Shown: positions 12,232 to 25,344, counted from the first letter of the whole stretch. The stretch is DNA of 63,795 nucleotides, filler included, from Octopus bimaculoides (GCF_001194135.2; 8 parts of 8 records of this genome joined end to end with filler, not necessarily neighbours in it); one strand, 5' to 3'. Notes: generated from the letters alone by a model not told the origin. Translations and numbers: made by a program.

Positions 12232-12569
12232 ATCAAGAAAAAAGTGTTGGCGGTCGTGTCCTTGTACATTGTCACGCCGGCGTCAGTCGGTCAGCGACAG
12301 TGTGTTTGGCTTACTTAATGCAGTATGATGGTTTAGGGCTGGACAGCGCCTTCGAATACGTACAGAGTCGTCGCAGTGTGATCTCACCAAATCTGAACTT
12401 CATGAAGCAGCTACAAGACTTTGAAAAAGAACTGTCTGAATCGTCCCCACCGAAGGATCCCTATCTGAAGTCCCCATGTCGGATAGAGGCACCGTTCACG
12501 TTTTGTTTCCCTGAATTCTGTCCATCGTTGCAACACAAACATAACAGCCCTCTTGCTTCACCAACCTAG
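12232..12569 (+). CDS. DUSP1: MAP kinase phosphatase, terminal coding exon with active site
   Basis: ttcttttcag acceptor, phase 1; GGRVLVHCHAGVSRSATVCLAYLM (HCxAGxSRS), AFEYVQSRRSVISPNLNFMKQL, FCFP, NSPLASPT, then stop TAG at 12567-12569. Confidence 0.95.
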
Positions 12570-13815
12570 ATCAGGCTCACAAGGCCCTGGAGGGGTACGA
12601 GACTTGACTTGCGTTAATATGGCCAAAAACCAACTTCGACTCTTTTCATCTTTGTGTTTTTTTTTCCCTTAAGATGAGAAGCAAAACAAGGGCACTTTAC
12701 TGATTTTTTTTTTTTTCCTTTCAATGTCCCTCCCTGAGAGCTAGTAAGATTTTGAACTGACTCTATGGAATGTTGGGCATTCCAAGTTATTCCGGTGAGC
12801 AGAAAGCACTGCTACATTTAACATTGCTCTTCTCTAACAGAGCAGCAACAAGAAAAGGGAGTGATTCTATTGTACATGGCCCGTCTCTGGCAGAGCAAGG
12901 GCANNNNNNNNNNNNNNNNNNNNNNNNNNNNNNNNNNNNNNNNNNNNNNNNNNNNNNNNNNNNNNNNNNNNNNNNNNNNNNNNNNNNNNNNNNNNNNNNN
13001 NNNNNNNNNNNNNNNNNNNNNNNNNNNNNNNNNNNNNNNNNNNNNNNNNNNNNNNNNNNNNNNNNNNNNNNNNNNNNNNNNNNNNNNNNNNNNNNNNNNN
13101 NNNNNNNNNNNNNNNNNNNNNNNNNNNNNNNNNNNNNNNNNNNNNNNNNNNNNNNNNNNNNNNNNNNNNNNNNNNNNNNNNNNNNNNNNNNNNNNNNNNN
13201 NNNNNNNNNNNNNNNNNNNNNNNNNNNNNNNNNNNNNNNNNNNNNNNNNNNNNNNNNNNNNNNNNNNNNNNNNNNNNNNNNNNNNNNNNNNNNNNNNNNN
13301 NNNNNNNNNNNNNNNNNNNNNNNNNNNNNNNNNNNNNNNNNNNNNNNNNNNNNNNNNNNNNNNNNNNNNNNNNNNNNNNNNNNNNNNNNNNNNNNNNNNN
13401 NNNNNNNNNNNNNNNNNNNNNNNNNNNNNNNNNNNNNNNNNNNNNNNNNNNNNNNNNNNNNNNNNNNNNNNNNNNNNNNNNNNNNNNNNNNNNNNNNNNN
13501 NNNNNNNNNNNNNNNNNNNNNNNNNNNNNNNNNNNNNNNNNNNNNNNNNNNNNNNNNNNNNNNNNNNNNNNNNNNNNNNNNNNNNNNNNNNNNNNNNNNN
13601 NNNNNNNNNNNNNNNNNNNNNNNNNNNNNNNNNNNNNNNNNNNNNNNNNNNNNNNNNNNNNNNNNNNNNNNNNNNNNNNNNNNNNNNNNNNNNNNNNNNN
13701 NNNNNNNNNNNNNNNNNNNNNNNNNNNNNNNNNNNNNNNNNNNNNNNNNNNNNNNNNNNNNNNNNNNNNNNNNNNNNNNNNNNNNNNNNNNNNNNNNNNN
13801 NNNNNNNNNNNNNNN

Positions 13816-13863
<48 letters not shown>

Positions 13864-14335
13864 AAATACTTTCTATATCCACACTTGGATTCTTCTGCTT
13901 TGCTATGCTCCATACCCCCTCTTCACTGGATAGATTAAAGTTTAAGGGTGGAATTTGAATAAAGGAAATTATATAGCTCATATATACATGCACACATATA
14001 CTGACATATATACAGGTATACATATACGTGTGTGTGTGATGAATGTGTGTATAAAGAAATGTTAAAAAGGTTTTGCGGACTGGCTATGTTGCGTGATGGG
14101 CACAATTAATTGAAACGAACACTATATTATATATGTACATTATACGTGTGTGTGTGTGTGTGTATGGAGTTTTCTATATGTAAATATATATACATGTGAT
14201 GTGTATATATTTGTATGTAATTATATTATTGTATTGACTGAAGTAATTAGAAATTTTCTTTCTTTTTTTTTCTTTTTTTTTTTCAAAAGTGTACAGATCA
14301 AAAACAAAAAAATATCTCTTTATATATATATATAC

Positions 14336-14377
<42 letters not shown>

Positions 14378-14984
14378 TTGCATGTGTGTATGCACACATG
14401 CATGTGTACATATGTTCATTAAAAAGAAATTTTATGTATTATATATATTTTTTTAAACAAACAATCATCACCTGGACTACCGTCTCCTTCCTTAGCCATT
14501 CATCTTTCTTTCTTCTTCTCCTCATTTTTCATTTGTAAATCACTTTGTCATTAAACAAAATCTGTTCTCCAGTTTAAACATTTTTTTTTACCCCCACCAA
14601 GAAAATTTACCTTCATCTTCTACGCACATTCACATACACAAATGCATACATTTACACACACACACACACATTTCGTATTTCAATGATAGTTCTCTCTCAG
14701 ACCCCACCGACCATAAAAACAGAAGCCAACAAAGCCAAGAATTTAAAGATTTACTAGACCAATGTCACAGTGTCATAGGCTTTCAGTGCCACAATCTCAA
14801 ATCCTTACCAATTACCACCGATCCCTGCTCTGATCAAATTTTCATCTGGGTAGGATTTTTTTTTTTTTTTTTTTCCCCAAAAATTTTCAAAAGAATTTGA
14901 CACTAATTAAACTTATAATAACAAATGGCCCCTATCCTGAGAAACCTTTTATTATTATTATAACTATTATTATTATTATTTTTA

Positions 14985-15175
14985 AGGTAGCCAGCTGGTA
15001 GAATCATTAGCAAACCAGGCAAAATGCTTAGCGGCATTTCATCCATCTTTACATTTTGAAGTTCCAAATTCTGCCAGGGTCAGGTTTACCTTTCATCTTT
15101 TGGGGTCAATAAAATAAGTATTATTACCCTACTCTGAAATTGCTGGCTTTGTGTCAAAATATTAAACCATTATTA
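14985..15175 (+). mobile_element. SINE family B
   Basis: gtagaatcattagc..aaaatgcttagcggcatttc..tttcatcttttggggtcaataaaataagta, shared with the copies at 18568, 34715 and 38030. Confidence 0.75.
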
Positions 15176-16706
15176 TCATTATTATTATTATCTTATGGGG
15201 CTGTTGCCCTTACTGGTTACTCTCAGATCTTTTTTTTCTTGGTTAACTTGAGAGAACTCCTACCCTTAGTCCCAGTCCCCGCCACCCACCAGTAGAGACA
15301 CAGACAACAAGGATGAAGAGTGGTGACTGTTAAGGGTCTACCTCATAGTGTTTAGTCCTTCCTCAAGGGCCTACCTCATAGTGTTTAGTCCCTCCTCAAG
15401 GGCTACATTGTGGCAGCTCTTTTGTTAATTCAGTTGATCTAGGTTCACTGATATGATGAATGCTGTATCTGGATGACAGTGTGTGTGTGTGTGTTTGAGG
15501 ATGTTTCACGATAAAGACAATCTCTAAGGACAATCTGGAAGAGGACAGTGTACTACAATCAGCGCCATGCCGCCATACCCTGACACAGAAATCTTAGGAA
15601 ATACATTATCTTTTGTTGTTGTTTTTTTTGTTTTTTTTTCTAAGATGGAAGCTGAAGAAGGGGAAAGATTTTAAAAAATGGAGAACAAGAAAAATAGGAA
15701 AATATATAGCCCTAATGTGGACTATATATATTCATGTGTGTATATATTTTATATATTAGATTCAAATGACACACAAGAGATATATCTAAATAGCTGTTCT
15801 AGAACTTTCTGCAATGTTTTTGACTTTTTGTTTTTTGTTATTGGAATTTTCCCCCCTGGTTTAATAATAATAATAATAGTAATTTTTTTATAATTAATCC
15901 CTCACCTCCTAACCATAAAAGGGCATAACAGAAAAAAAAATGGTATTGGATGAGGTGTGAGGTGGAAAATAGAATAAGAAAGTTCTACAATTTAACAGCT
16001 GACTGCGTCTACATATATGTGTGACTGTGTGAGTGAACATCTATATATACATATGTGTATGTATGTTTTTACCACACACGTGTAACAGTAACGGAATCCT
16101 CTGTCTTAGAAAAACTGGTATGCTCATTATTATCAACTCAGCTACCTGCTCCATTGAATTATGGTGTGAATGGTCGAGTATTCCACAGACACTTGTACTC
16201 AGAGTATCAGCATGACACTGTGTGACAAGACTGGGTTCTTGCAGATACAATCCGTCAGATAAGTTTTCAAAGAGTCTCCATTTTCTCCCAGTTCCACCAT
16301 AACCAGGCCTTGGTCTAGTCTAACTCGGGGCAATGGTAAACATAACAATCATTTGTACAAGATATCATTTTGAGGGATTGGATTCCAGGAATTCAGACAT
16401 TGCAAAGCAAACTTCTTAACTACTTGGCCAGGCTTGTGTACATGTACATATGTATGTGTGTGTGTGTGTGTGCTTATATATACATATATCATTTGTATAT
16501 GTGTGCATCATTGACAACGAGCAATCACCATGTATACAGCTAAAGAAAACGGAGGTTAAGTCAGAATTTGGATAAAAACAATTTCTGGGATTCATGATGA
16601 ATTCCTGAAAGAGATGAAAGTACTAAATAGTTTTTATCCAAATCCTGACCACCTCTTTTCCTAATATATAGAACCTGTGCACCACTTCAAACAATTTATA
16701 CATACA

Positions 16707-16754
<48 letters not shown>

Positions 16755-16931
16755 NNNNNNNNNNNNNNNNNNNNNNNNNNNNNNNNNNNNNNNNNNNNNN
16801 NNNNNNNNNNNNNNNNNNNNNNNNNNNNNNNNNNNNNNNNNNNNNNNNNNNNNNNNNNNNNNNNNNNNNNNNNNNNNNNNNNNNNNNNNNNNNNNNNNNN
16901 NNNNNNNNNNNNNNNNNNNNNNNNNNNNNNN

Positions 16932-16974
<43 letters not shown>

Positions 16975-17056
16975 CTTACTTACCATTTATCATTCTCCCA
17001 CCCAAGATATAAATATAATCCCCACCGAAGAGAAATAAACTCAAAACAATTTGTAT

Positions 17057-17085
17057 ATTTATTTATTTATTTATTTATCTATTTA
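17057..17085 (+). promoter_or_regulatory. candidate AU-rich element in a putative long DUSP 3' UTR
   Basis: Five overlapping ATTTA pentamers (17057-17077) plus one at 17081; could equally be an (ATTT)n microsatellite. Confidence 0.3.
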
Positions 17086-17493
17086 CTCTAAAGAAACGAA
17101 TAAATACTTCATACACCTCCCACCCCACCCACACACCTGCTGCCAAAGACGAGAACATTTTCTAATTAACGAGGAGAATATGGTTTTAACTGTATTATAA
17201 AATATGAAGTAACTTTTTTTTTTCTTTTTATTACGTTTTTCATTTTATACCAGACTGCTGTGTTTTCCATGCCCTGTGTGTGTATGTCTACATACACACA
17301 TGTATACACACATACATATATCTATGTATGTGTGTATATATATATATTCCTTTCTTGTGTGCGTGTGTTTATATAATCTCAACTGTTTTAGTAAACCTTT
17401 TATTTTGACAATTTTTTTATATATATATATATATATATGACTTGCTCATGTTCTGTTTTTGTAATGTGTGTGTGTGTGTGTGTGTGTATATAT

Positions 17494-17537
<44 letters not shown>

Positions 17538-17868
17538 GTCAGTGTATGTGTGTTAATAAATATCTGCTGTACAAGTCCCCCCAAATTTTTCCTTTTGTTT
17601 CCTCCACTACCAATCACCCACCCACTCTTTTACACACACAGACACACAACTAGAAAGCACTTTGTATTATATTTTTAGTTATTTTTTTGTCTTTTATTCT
17701 AAAATTTCTTTATACTCTTTCCATATTTACAATTCCATTTAATACAAAAATTTGAAATTCAAACTTGTGTTCTTTTGTCTTTTAAAACATTTAAAAATTT
17801 TCTATCCTTTTTATTGTATATAAATATTTTTACTGTATTTTCTGGCATAAAAATCAACATAGTTTATA

Positions 17869-17874
17869 AATAAA
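17869..17874 (+). terminator. candidate polyadenylation signal for DUSP
   Basis: AATAAA ending a long U-rich, UTR-like stretch and followed by tgtttattt; other AATAAA sites occur near 17034 and 17099. Confidence 0.3.
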
Positions 17875-18567
17875 CATTAGTGTTTATTTATTCAAATTAT
17901 CATCACTATCTTTCTAATTTTCCTAAATCTTACTGCATTTCACATGGAATTTTTGGTCTTCTAAAGTCGTCTTGGAGTGACAAATCGACACATTTTTTGC
18001 TGTACATTTTGACCAACCTAAAAAATTCAACTTANNNNNNNNNNNNNNNNNNNNNNNNNNNNNNNNNNNNNNNNNNNNNNNNNNNNNNNNNNNNNNNNNN
18101 NNNNNNNNNNNNNNNNNNNNNNNNNNNNNNNNNNATATATATGTATATATATGTATATATATATATGTATATATATATATGTAATATCTATATTGTGTAC
18201 ATGGAAACTTAAAATTTGTGGTGTTTGGCTGAATCAGAAGTTAAATTATAAAGCATTTTAATGTTTTATATTCAAATCCTTTCACAACCAATAAAATAAC
18301 CAGTCAGTTGCTCCAGTTTGGCCGGAGTCTACCTACAACAAACCAGTAAGTGTAAAAGATGTGATCCATTCAAGCAACTTTTCCTTCAGCCTAACCCATG
18401 GAAAACGAATGCTAAATGATGATGATGGCTCCTTCTCCAGCCACTTACATTTATCAGAAATGCTTCTGTATCCTAAATCAAACTGCTAGAAATAGTAGCT
18501 AGATATTTCATAAATCACTCTATACCATCTTGAATAAGGAAGAGACATATTCAACAACATCAGATGT

Positions 18568-18778
18568 CAGATTGGCAAATTTGAGCTGGTTAAAATATTT
18601 TTGATGTTCGACATTCTGAATTTCAAATTCTGCCAAGGTCAACTTTAGCCTTTCATCCTTTTGGGATTGATAAAAAAGATAAGTACCAGTTGAACTCGGG
18701 GGTCAATGTACGATAGGTTTACACCTCCCCCAAAATTTCAAGCCTTGTGACTATAGTAGAAAGGATTATTATTATTAC
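18568..18778 (+). mobile_element. SINE family B
   Basis: ttcaaattctgccaaggtcaactttagcctttcatcctttt..taagtaccagtt..gccttgtgactatagtagaaaggattattatt tail. Confidence 0.8.
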
Positions 18779-19204
18779 CCCATATTAGTGCCTACATACA
18801 TCCTATCATTCCCATACAGATGCTCCCACTTTCTCTTAAGTGGTCTCCACCAAAAATAGACAACTCAAAAGAAATACACGCACAAGATCCCATAAATAAT
18901 CAGGATGGTCAAGGCTGGAACAGTTTTGATCAATCAGGCTTGACCTAGCCTAAACAACAACAGCTACTGCTGTAAGAATTTGAACTTAGAACTTCAAGAC
19001 AGAGAACTACTGAAAACATTTAAATTTTAAAATTTATTTAAAAGAGAATTGACTGTCATTGTCTCTCTGAAGGTCCTCCTCCAAGACAGAAAACATTGGT
19101 GTGGTCAATGTTCTTAAACCAAGATGACTATGTAAACATTGGCCAAATGTTCTGAGATGGACTTTGTTCTCAATTGTGCTTTAAACAAGAGGTACTTTTA
19201 TACA

Positions 19205-20045
19205 ACACTGGTGACTGAGTTGGGAGTGCCAACTAATGATTGGGGATGGAGTACGACATGATGGTTGGTGAGAGAGTACCAGTTGATGACTGAAGTGGTA
19301 GTACTAGATGATGGTTGGGAGTACCATTTGATGACTGAGGAGGAAGTACCTGATGATGAATGGGGACAGAGTACCAGGTAATGATAGGTGATAGTACCTA
19401 CTGCTGATTGATGGAGTACTAGCTGTTGATTGAGGATGTAGTACCAGATGATGACAGAGGTGGGAGTACCAGCAGGTGATTGGGGAGGGAGTACTTGATG
19501 AATAGAGATGGATTACCAGGCAATGATTGGGGAGAATAACATGATGATGACTGGTGAGAGCACCAAATGATCATTGAAAAGATAGTACCAGATCATGATA
19601 GGTAGGCGGACCAGTTAGTGATTGAGGAGGGATCACCAAATGATTGAGGAAGAGTAGCAGATCATGACTGTCATGGGAGCAGCATACGATCACTGAGGAG
19701 TAAGTGCTAGCTGATGATTGAAGAGGCAGTACCAGCTGATGGTTGAGGTGGGAGTACCAGCTGGTGATTGGAAAGAGTACCAACTGATGATTGAAGAGAG
19801 GGTACCAGCTGGTGACTGAGGAGAGAGTAGTGGCAAGAGAGTAGTGGAAAGAGAGTAGCAGCTGATGATTGAAGAGAAAGTACCAGCTGATGGCTGAGGT
19901 GGGAGGACCAGCTGGTGATTGGAAAGAGTACCAACTGATGATTAAAGAGGGAGTATCAGCTGATTGCTGAGGTGGGCATGCTGGCTGGTGATTGGAAAGA
20001 GAGTACCAGCAGATGATTGAAGGAGGAGTACCAGCTGATGGGTGC
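19205..20045 (+). repeat. ~23-24 bp purine-rich minisatellite (about 35 degenerate units)
   Basis: Recurrent GAGTACCAGCTGATGATTGAAGA-like unit; a higher-order duplicate starts at 19711 and 19862. Confidence 0.85.
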
Positions 20046-21348
20046 TGACTCCTGGGCTGGATTGTCACAAAAATATCAACTGGGATTAGCATAATTGATT
20101 TAAGAAATAAGTAACACATATAATATATATATATATATATATATCATATGCACGCGTACATAAACATGTATGTGTGTATATGTATACATATATATATGTA
20201 TACTGGTATACTGCTTGAAAACTGGTGTTAGTGTGTTTACATTCATGTAACTCAGTGGTTCAGCCAAATAGACCGATAAAATAAGTACTAGGCTTTAAAA
20301 ATAAGTCCTGGAGTTGATTTGTTCGACTAAAACCTTGACGGCTGTGCTCCAGCATGTCCACAGTCAAATGCCTGGAACAATTACAAGAATAAAAAAATAC
20401 ACACACATAATAATCATTATCATTTAACTTCCCCTGTACCTTGCTTTCATCGGCCTCATGGAATCTATTGAAGCTGATTTGCAGCCATCAAATGCCATTC
20501 TTGTTGCTTGCCATCATCTGATTGCAAGCGAGGTAATGATATTGACTCCTGATCAACGTATGTTGTTGTTCTTTAACAAAAGATTAACAGGAAGACTTCT
20601 TTCTCTGCTTACTCCTACTGTACTTCTCCAACAACCACTGTAAGTTTGGAACATTCAAATGGTCACTCAATTCACAATTCATAACAACCAAATATTTCTC
20701 ATTTCAAAACCTAAAATACAATAAAAGCGTATTGGCTATAGGTACACAATGGCTGAAACACACATTGGATAAAGTAGTCCGAGATAAATTATGGCTGAAG
20801 ATTGGAATACATAGTCTTAAATACTCTGTTTTTGAAGAACATATTAGTGTAACGTAGTCCAAGACATACAATGTCCAAAGGACACATTAGATAATGCAGC
20901 CCTAGATATATTGTATTTAAGTAAAATAGAGTACAGTCGTGGCTAGAAGCTTTGTGATCATAGGTCAGTTGGAAGAGGTCTAGCTTAAGGTTAAACCAGA
21001 ACATCAAAAGAAGCATTGAATTATATGGTCTTTGATATAATTATGGCTAAAATATAAATGAGATTGTCACAGATAAAATACCTTTGATCGTTAGGCATCC
21101 TTGTTCAAGATTGATTCTGGAGTTAAGCAGCAAAAACAAGATGGAGAAGATACGTGAAATAATGAAGGCATAGACACAACCGACAGAACAACTATAACAA
21201 CAACAACAACAACAACAGCGGCAACAAGGTGTGATGGTCATCGATACAACTATTTTGATGATAGCTGCACTTGACCTGGGGCTAAACAGCAGCAGTAGAA
21301 ACAACAACGAGGTCACCAACACTTCATTCATACTACAAGCTGTTTCAG

Positions 21349-21381
<33 letters not shown>

Positions 21382-21520
21382 GTAAAGGGCATTCAATTTA
21401 ATGATTACCTGTTTGAAGTTTAGGCTTCTTAATTACGTGTTTGTCATTCCTGTAAGGGCAGGGAACCGAAGTGAACCCCCCCCCCACACACACACTTCTA
21501 TACCCTAATTACAGTCTCTA

Positions 21521-21556
<36 letters not shown>

Positions 21557-22670
21557 TACTACTATTACTACTATTATTACCTACACAGCTGTACTCAATG
21601 TACCCAGTGTTCAATTGGTACATGCGCACCACAATAACATACCTAGATTTGTCACACCACGACTACAATAACTACCACCACCACCACCACCACCGCCATC
21701 ACCACCACCACCATCATCATCATCACCACCGTCACCGCCGCCACGGATACAGTCACCTAATTCCGTTCTTCTTACGCTGTCACCTCTCTCTCTCTCTCTC
21801 TCTCTTTCTCTTTCCTCTTACCATCACCACATACCACTTATACATAATTCTACAACCAGCCAATGAAAGAGCCATTATGTGGTCCATTCAACCTGTTAGA
21901 AATAGCAACCGAATCCCCTCAAATCATACGCAAATGTCTTGAGAAGGAAAAAATACATTATTCAGTGTTGAAAAAATAAACGGGACGGGCGTGGTTGGAA
22001 TATTTTTACTGGAGTTTAAAAAATGACAACAGGGTAGATGGGCATGGTTAGAACACCGATGATCATAGGGGTTGTAGTTTAGCCCCAAATTGACCTGGGG
22101 TTAAACGACAAAAACATAAAAAACAAAATTGCAAAATTAAAGTTACCATCTTGAAGCAGGAAATCTTGTGTGACGTAGAAGTACCGGGGGAAGGGGACAG
22201 AAACCCCCAGGTTTATTTGAGGGTGAGTACCTGTGTCTTCGTTACAGTACCCAGAATTATAAACAGGTCGAAATAGCTCTGACCAAGCGGCCATTCTGGG
22301 GCAAAATTTGCTGCTGCAGGAAGTCCCAATCTATTCACCAATCTTCCCGACGCCGTTGTGTTACCGGTTTCAGTTATTTGATGGTAGCCATGCTGAGGCG
22401 CCACCTTTAAGGATTTCAATCGATGGTATCGATCCCAATTCAGTCTGATACATATTTTTGCAGTATCTGCTTGTCGAATGGCTAGGTTACATTTTTTTCT
22501 TTTTTACAAACGAAATAGGTACCACGCACACACACACAAATACATACATACATACATACATACATACATACATACATACAGACAGACAGACAGACATACG
22601 CACGCACGTACGCGCGCACAGAGTATGTGGGTATTCGTGTATGTGTAGTAAATCTTCTTAAAGACTCCAC

Positions 22671-22910
22671 GGGCATATGGCGTAGTGGTTAAGAGAGCGG
22701 GCTACTAACCCTAAGATTCCAAGTTCGATTCCAGGCAGTGACCTGAATAATAATAATAATAATAATAATAACAACAACAACATCGAAAAATACCTTAGGA
22801 ATGAGAACCCAGGTTCGAAATTTTTCCAAGACACCTGATGAAGGCTGGAGGGTATATCAGCCGAAACGTTGTGTTAACAACAAACAAGAGGAGGACAAAT
22901 ATCCGTCAAA
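22671..22910 (+). mobile_element. tRNA-headed SINE-like element with Penelope-type hammerhead tail
   Basis: A box TGGCGTAGTGG (22678-22688), B box GTTCGATTCC (22723-22732), (AAT)n/(AAC)n spacer, hammerhead at 22830-22875; imperfect TSD ttcttaaagactcca (22655-22669) / ttcttagactcca (22911-22923). Confidence 0.8.
22830..22875 (+). ncRNA. minimal type I hammerhead ribozyme motif
   Basis: Stem I GACAC/GTGTT, core CTGATGA plus an extra A, stem II GGCTG-(gagggtatat)-CAGCC, GAAA, palindromic ACGT helix III, cleavage triplet GUU. Confidence 0.7.
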
Positions 22911-23035
22911 TTCTTAGACTCCAAGTGTATTTTCAACTTTGCTGTTCTTCTCGAGTAAAAAATATTTTCCAGCATGTATGAATGTTGATATATATATATA
23001 TGTGAGCATGTATGTATGTATGTATGTATTCTCAT

Positions 23036-23413
23036 TTTATTCTTTTATCTGTTTCGGTCATTTGACTGCGGCCATGCTGGAGCACCGCCTTTTTAGTTGA
23101 GCACACCAACCCCAAGACTTATTCTTTGTAAGCCTAGTACTTATTCTATCGAGGTTTTTTTGCCGAACCGCTAACCCACGGGGACGTAAATACACCAGCA
23201 TCGGTTGTCAAGCGATGGTGGGGTACAAACACAGGAACACAAACACACACACGACGGGCTTCTATCAGTTTCCGTCTACGAAATCCACTCACAAGGCTTT
23301 GGTCGGCCCGAGGCTACAGTAGAAAACACTTGCCCAAGGTGCCATGTAGTGGAACTGAACCCAGAACCATGTGGTTGGTAAGCAAGCTACTTAGCACACA
23401 GCCACTCCTGCGC
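23036..23413 (-). mobile_element. SINE family A, near full length
   Basis: Minus-strand head gtggctgtgtgctaagtagcttgcttaccaaccacatggttctgggttcagttcc, then accttgggcaagtg (CORE-like) and the full tail. Confidence 0.9.
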
Positions 23414-24312
23414 TTATATTTATATATGAGTGTATATATATGTGTACATATATGTATGCATATATACGCATGTATGTATTTATGTGTGTATGTGTGTATA
23501 TATATATCTGCGCATGTAAGATGAGAGTGCCAATTTAATCACCAACAACCAGGTAATGTAACAAGTTGTATTGGGTTACATTTTACCTGTATGTTCAAGA
23601 ACAGCATACATACATAGGGACAGACACACAGACAGACAAACAGTCAAACAAACAGACCGACAGACAGATATGCATAAATATGCGCATATGCATACACACA
23701 TACATACATACATACATACATACATACATACATACATACATACATACATACGTACGTACATAATTATATACATACACACATACAAACATACATACCCCAC
23801 TATATATATGCATATGTATGTATATACACACATACACACACAACACACACATACATAAACGTGTATAATCATGAATAAATCACAATTATAACGGAGAGGG
23901 TTGCAAAACCCTTAATGTCTAGAAATAGCAGTCAAAACCACTATAAAGCCACTATTAACACTCATATTCTATCTAATCACAATAAAGCTGTCGGCGGGAG
24001 ACATGACATAAAGTTCAAAACTTAAAAATCAAAGTTCCATTCTTCTTTTCAGGAGAGCATTCCTGTAGATACAAATTTGCACAAGAAAAACCTTTAAAAA
24101 GTCCACCTTGGGGCTTATATGTGTCCCGGTCTCGTTTCACTGTTTGTTTTTTTCGATGTTCGAAAAAAAGTTCGTTTTCTGTTTTCGTTTCTCATTGTGT
24201 TTAACGTATTTTTGTGATGTCCTGTATCCATATATGCATGTATGTATACATATAGATGTAGGTATGTACATATATGTATGGATATATGCATATATTTATA
24301 TATTATTTATGT

Positions 24313-24343
<31 letters not shown>

Positions 24344-25344
24344 CATTCATTATGACAGTAGTTGAATAATATTCTTAAGACCGCACTTTGCTCACACGTA
24401 GCATTTTCCAGAGCTTGTCGCTAATTCAGTTCTTAACCAAATTGAAAACTGTTAACATTTTTGAAGAGGACTGGTCCCTACATTTTGGCAAAAGAAAAAA
24501 AAATTGAGATTTGATCCAGTAGAAAAAGTTTACATAAAAATTTGTAGCAACGTTATAGGAGAGTAATCACGTTTAGATCTAAATAACTTTTTTATTTTAA
24601 AAGCAAAATATATTTATCGTAGCTTCAATAATAAAAGAAAATATGAAGAATTTCATAGTTTTGTTGCCATGCAACAAAGTTTTGTATAAAAAAAAGTTGT
24701 GAGATAAAATATGAAAATATATATATATATAAGTAAGGCAAAAAATTGGATTTTAAGTACAATTAACTTTTTAAAATATACAAACAAACCATATTTTAAT
24801 TAAGCTTAAATGATAGAGCTCAATTCGAGGAACTTCATGGTATCAATCTCATGCAATGGAGTTTTAAAAGAGAAAAGTTATGAGTGTTTTTTTCTCAAAT
24901 TTGAGGGTGATAATACAGTTCTATACGTTTTTATGAATATAGTTCTATAAAGGGACTTTTAATATATGTCACCGGCGTCATTGGGGCAAGGAAAAAATTA
25001 TCAACGACACCGCTAATTGGCGCATTTGACACATTATTAATTGGCATAATAGCATAGCCTGGAAAAAAAAACATGTATTACATGTAAAAATGCGAGATAT
25101 AATATTCTTAAGATTATAAACCTGGATAAGTACAGGACAAGTTACTTAAAATATTGCAGGTAAGGATAAAATTTGAATATTAAAAATTATTTGACTTCAA
25201 TTGACAAAGTAACATTATAATTAAAAAAAGGTACTATCATTTTGTTAAAATATTGACACATTAGGCTTGGAAGGACTGGAAGAACGGTGGTAGCAGGGAA
25301 TTGTATCAGACTGCCAGAAGGGAAGCTAGGTGACAGGTTTATTT

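Noticed and set aside
12770-13933. Long ORFs spanning N runs (also at 27-28, 29-30, 39, 44-45, 46-47, 50, 54-55 and 57 kb)
   Set aside because: Artefacts of translating gaps as X.
15332-15406. 33-bp tandem duplication (similar small ones at ~43672, ~28124 and ~61423)
   Set aside because: Ordinary local slippage duplications with no further structure.
19571-20119. 182-aa minus-strand ORF with HQLVL repeats
   Set aside because: Read-through of the minisatellite; no splice signals or homology recognised.
22671-22745. Possible tRNA-Ser gene
   Set aside because: No proper acceptor stem or long variable arm, and it is continuous with a repeat body bracketed by a TSD; it is a SINE head. The same applies to the heads at ~401, ~5100, ~23400, ~37660 and ~59760.
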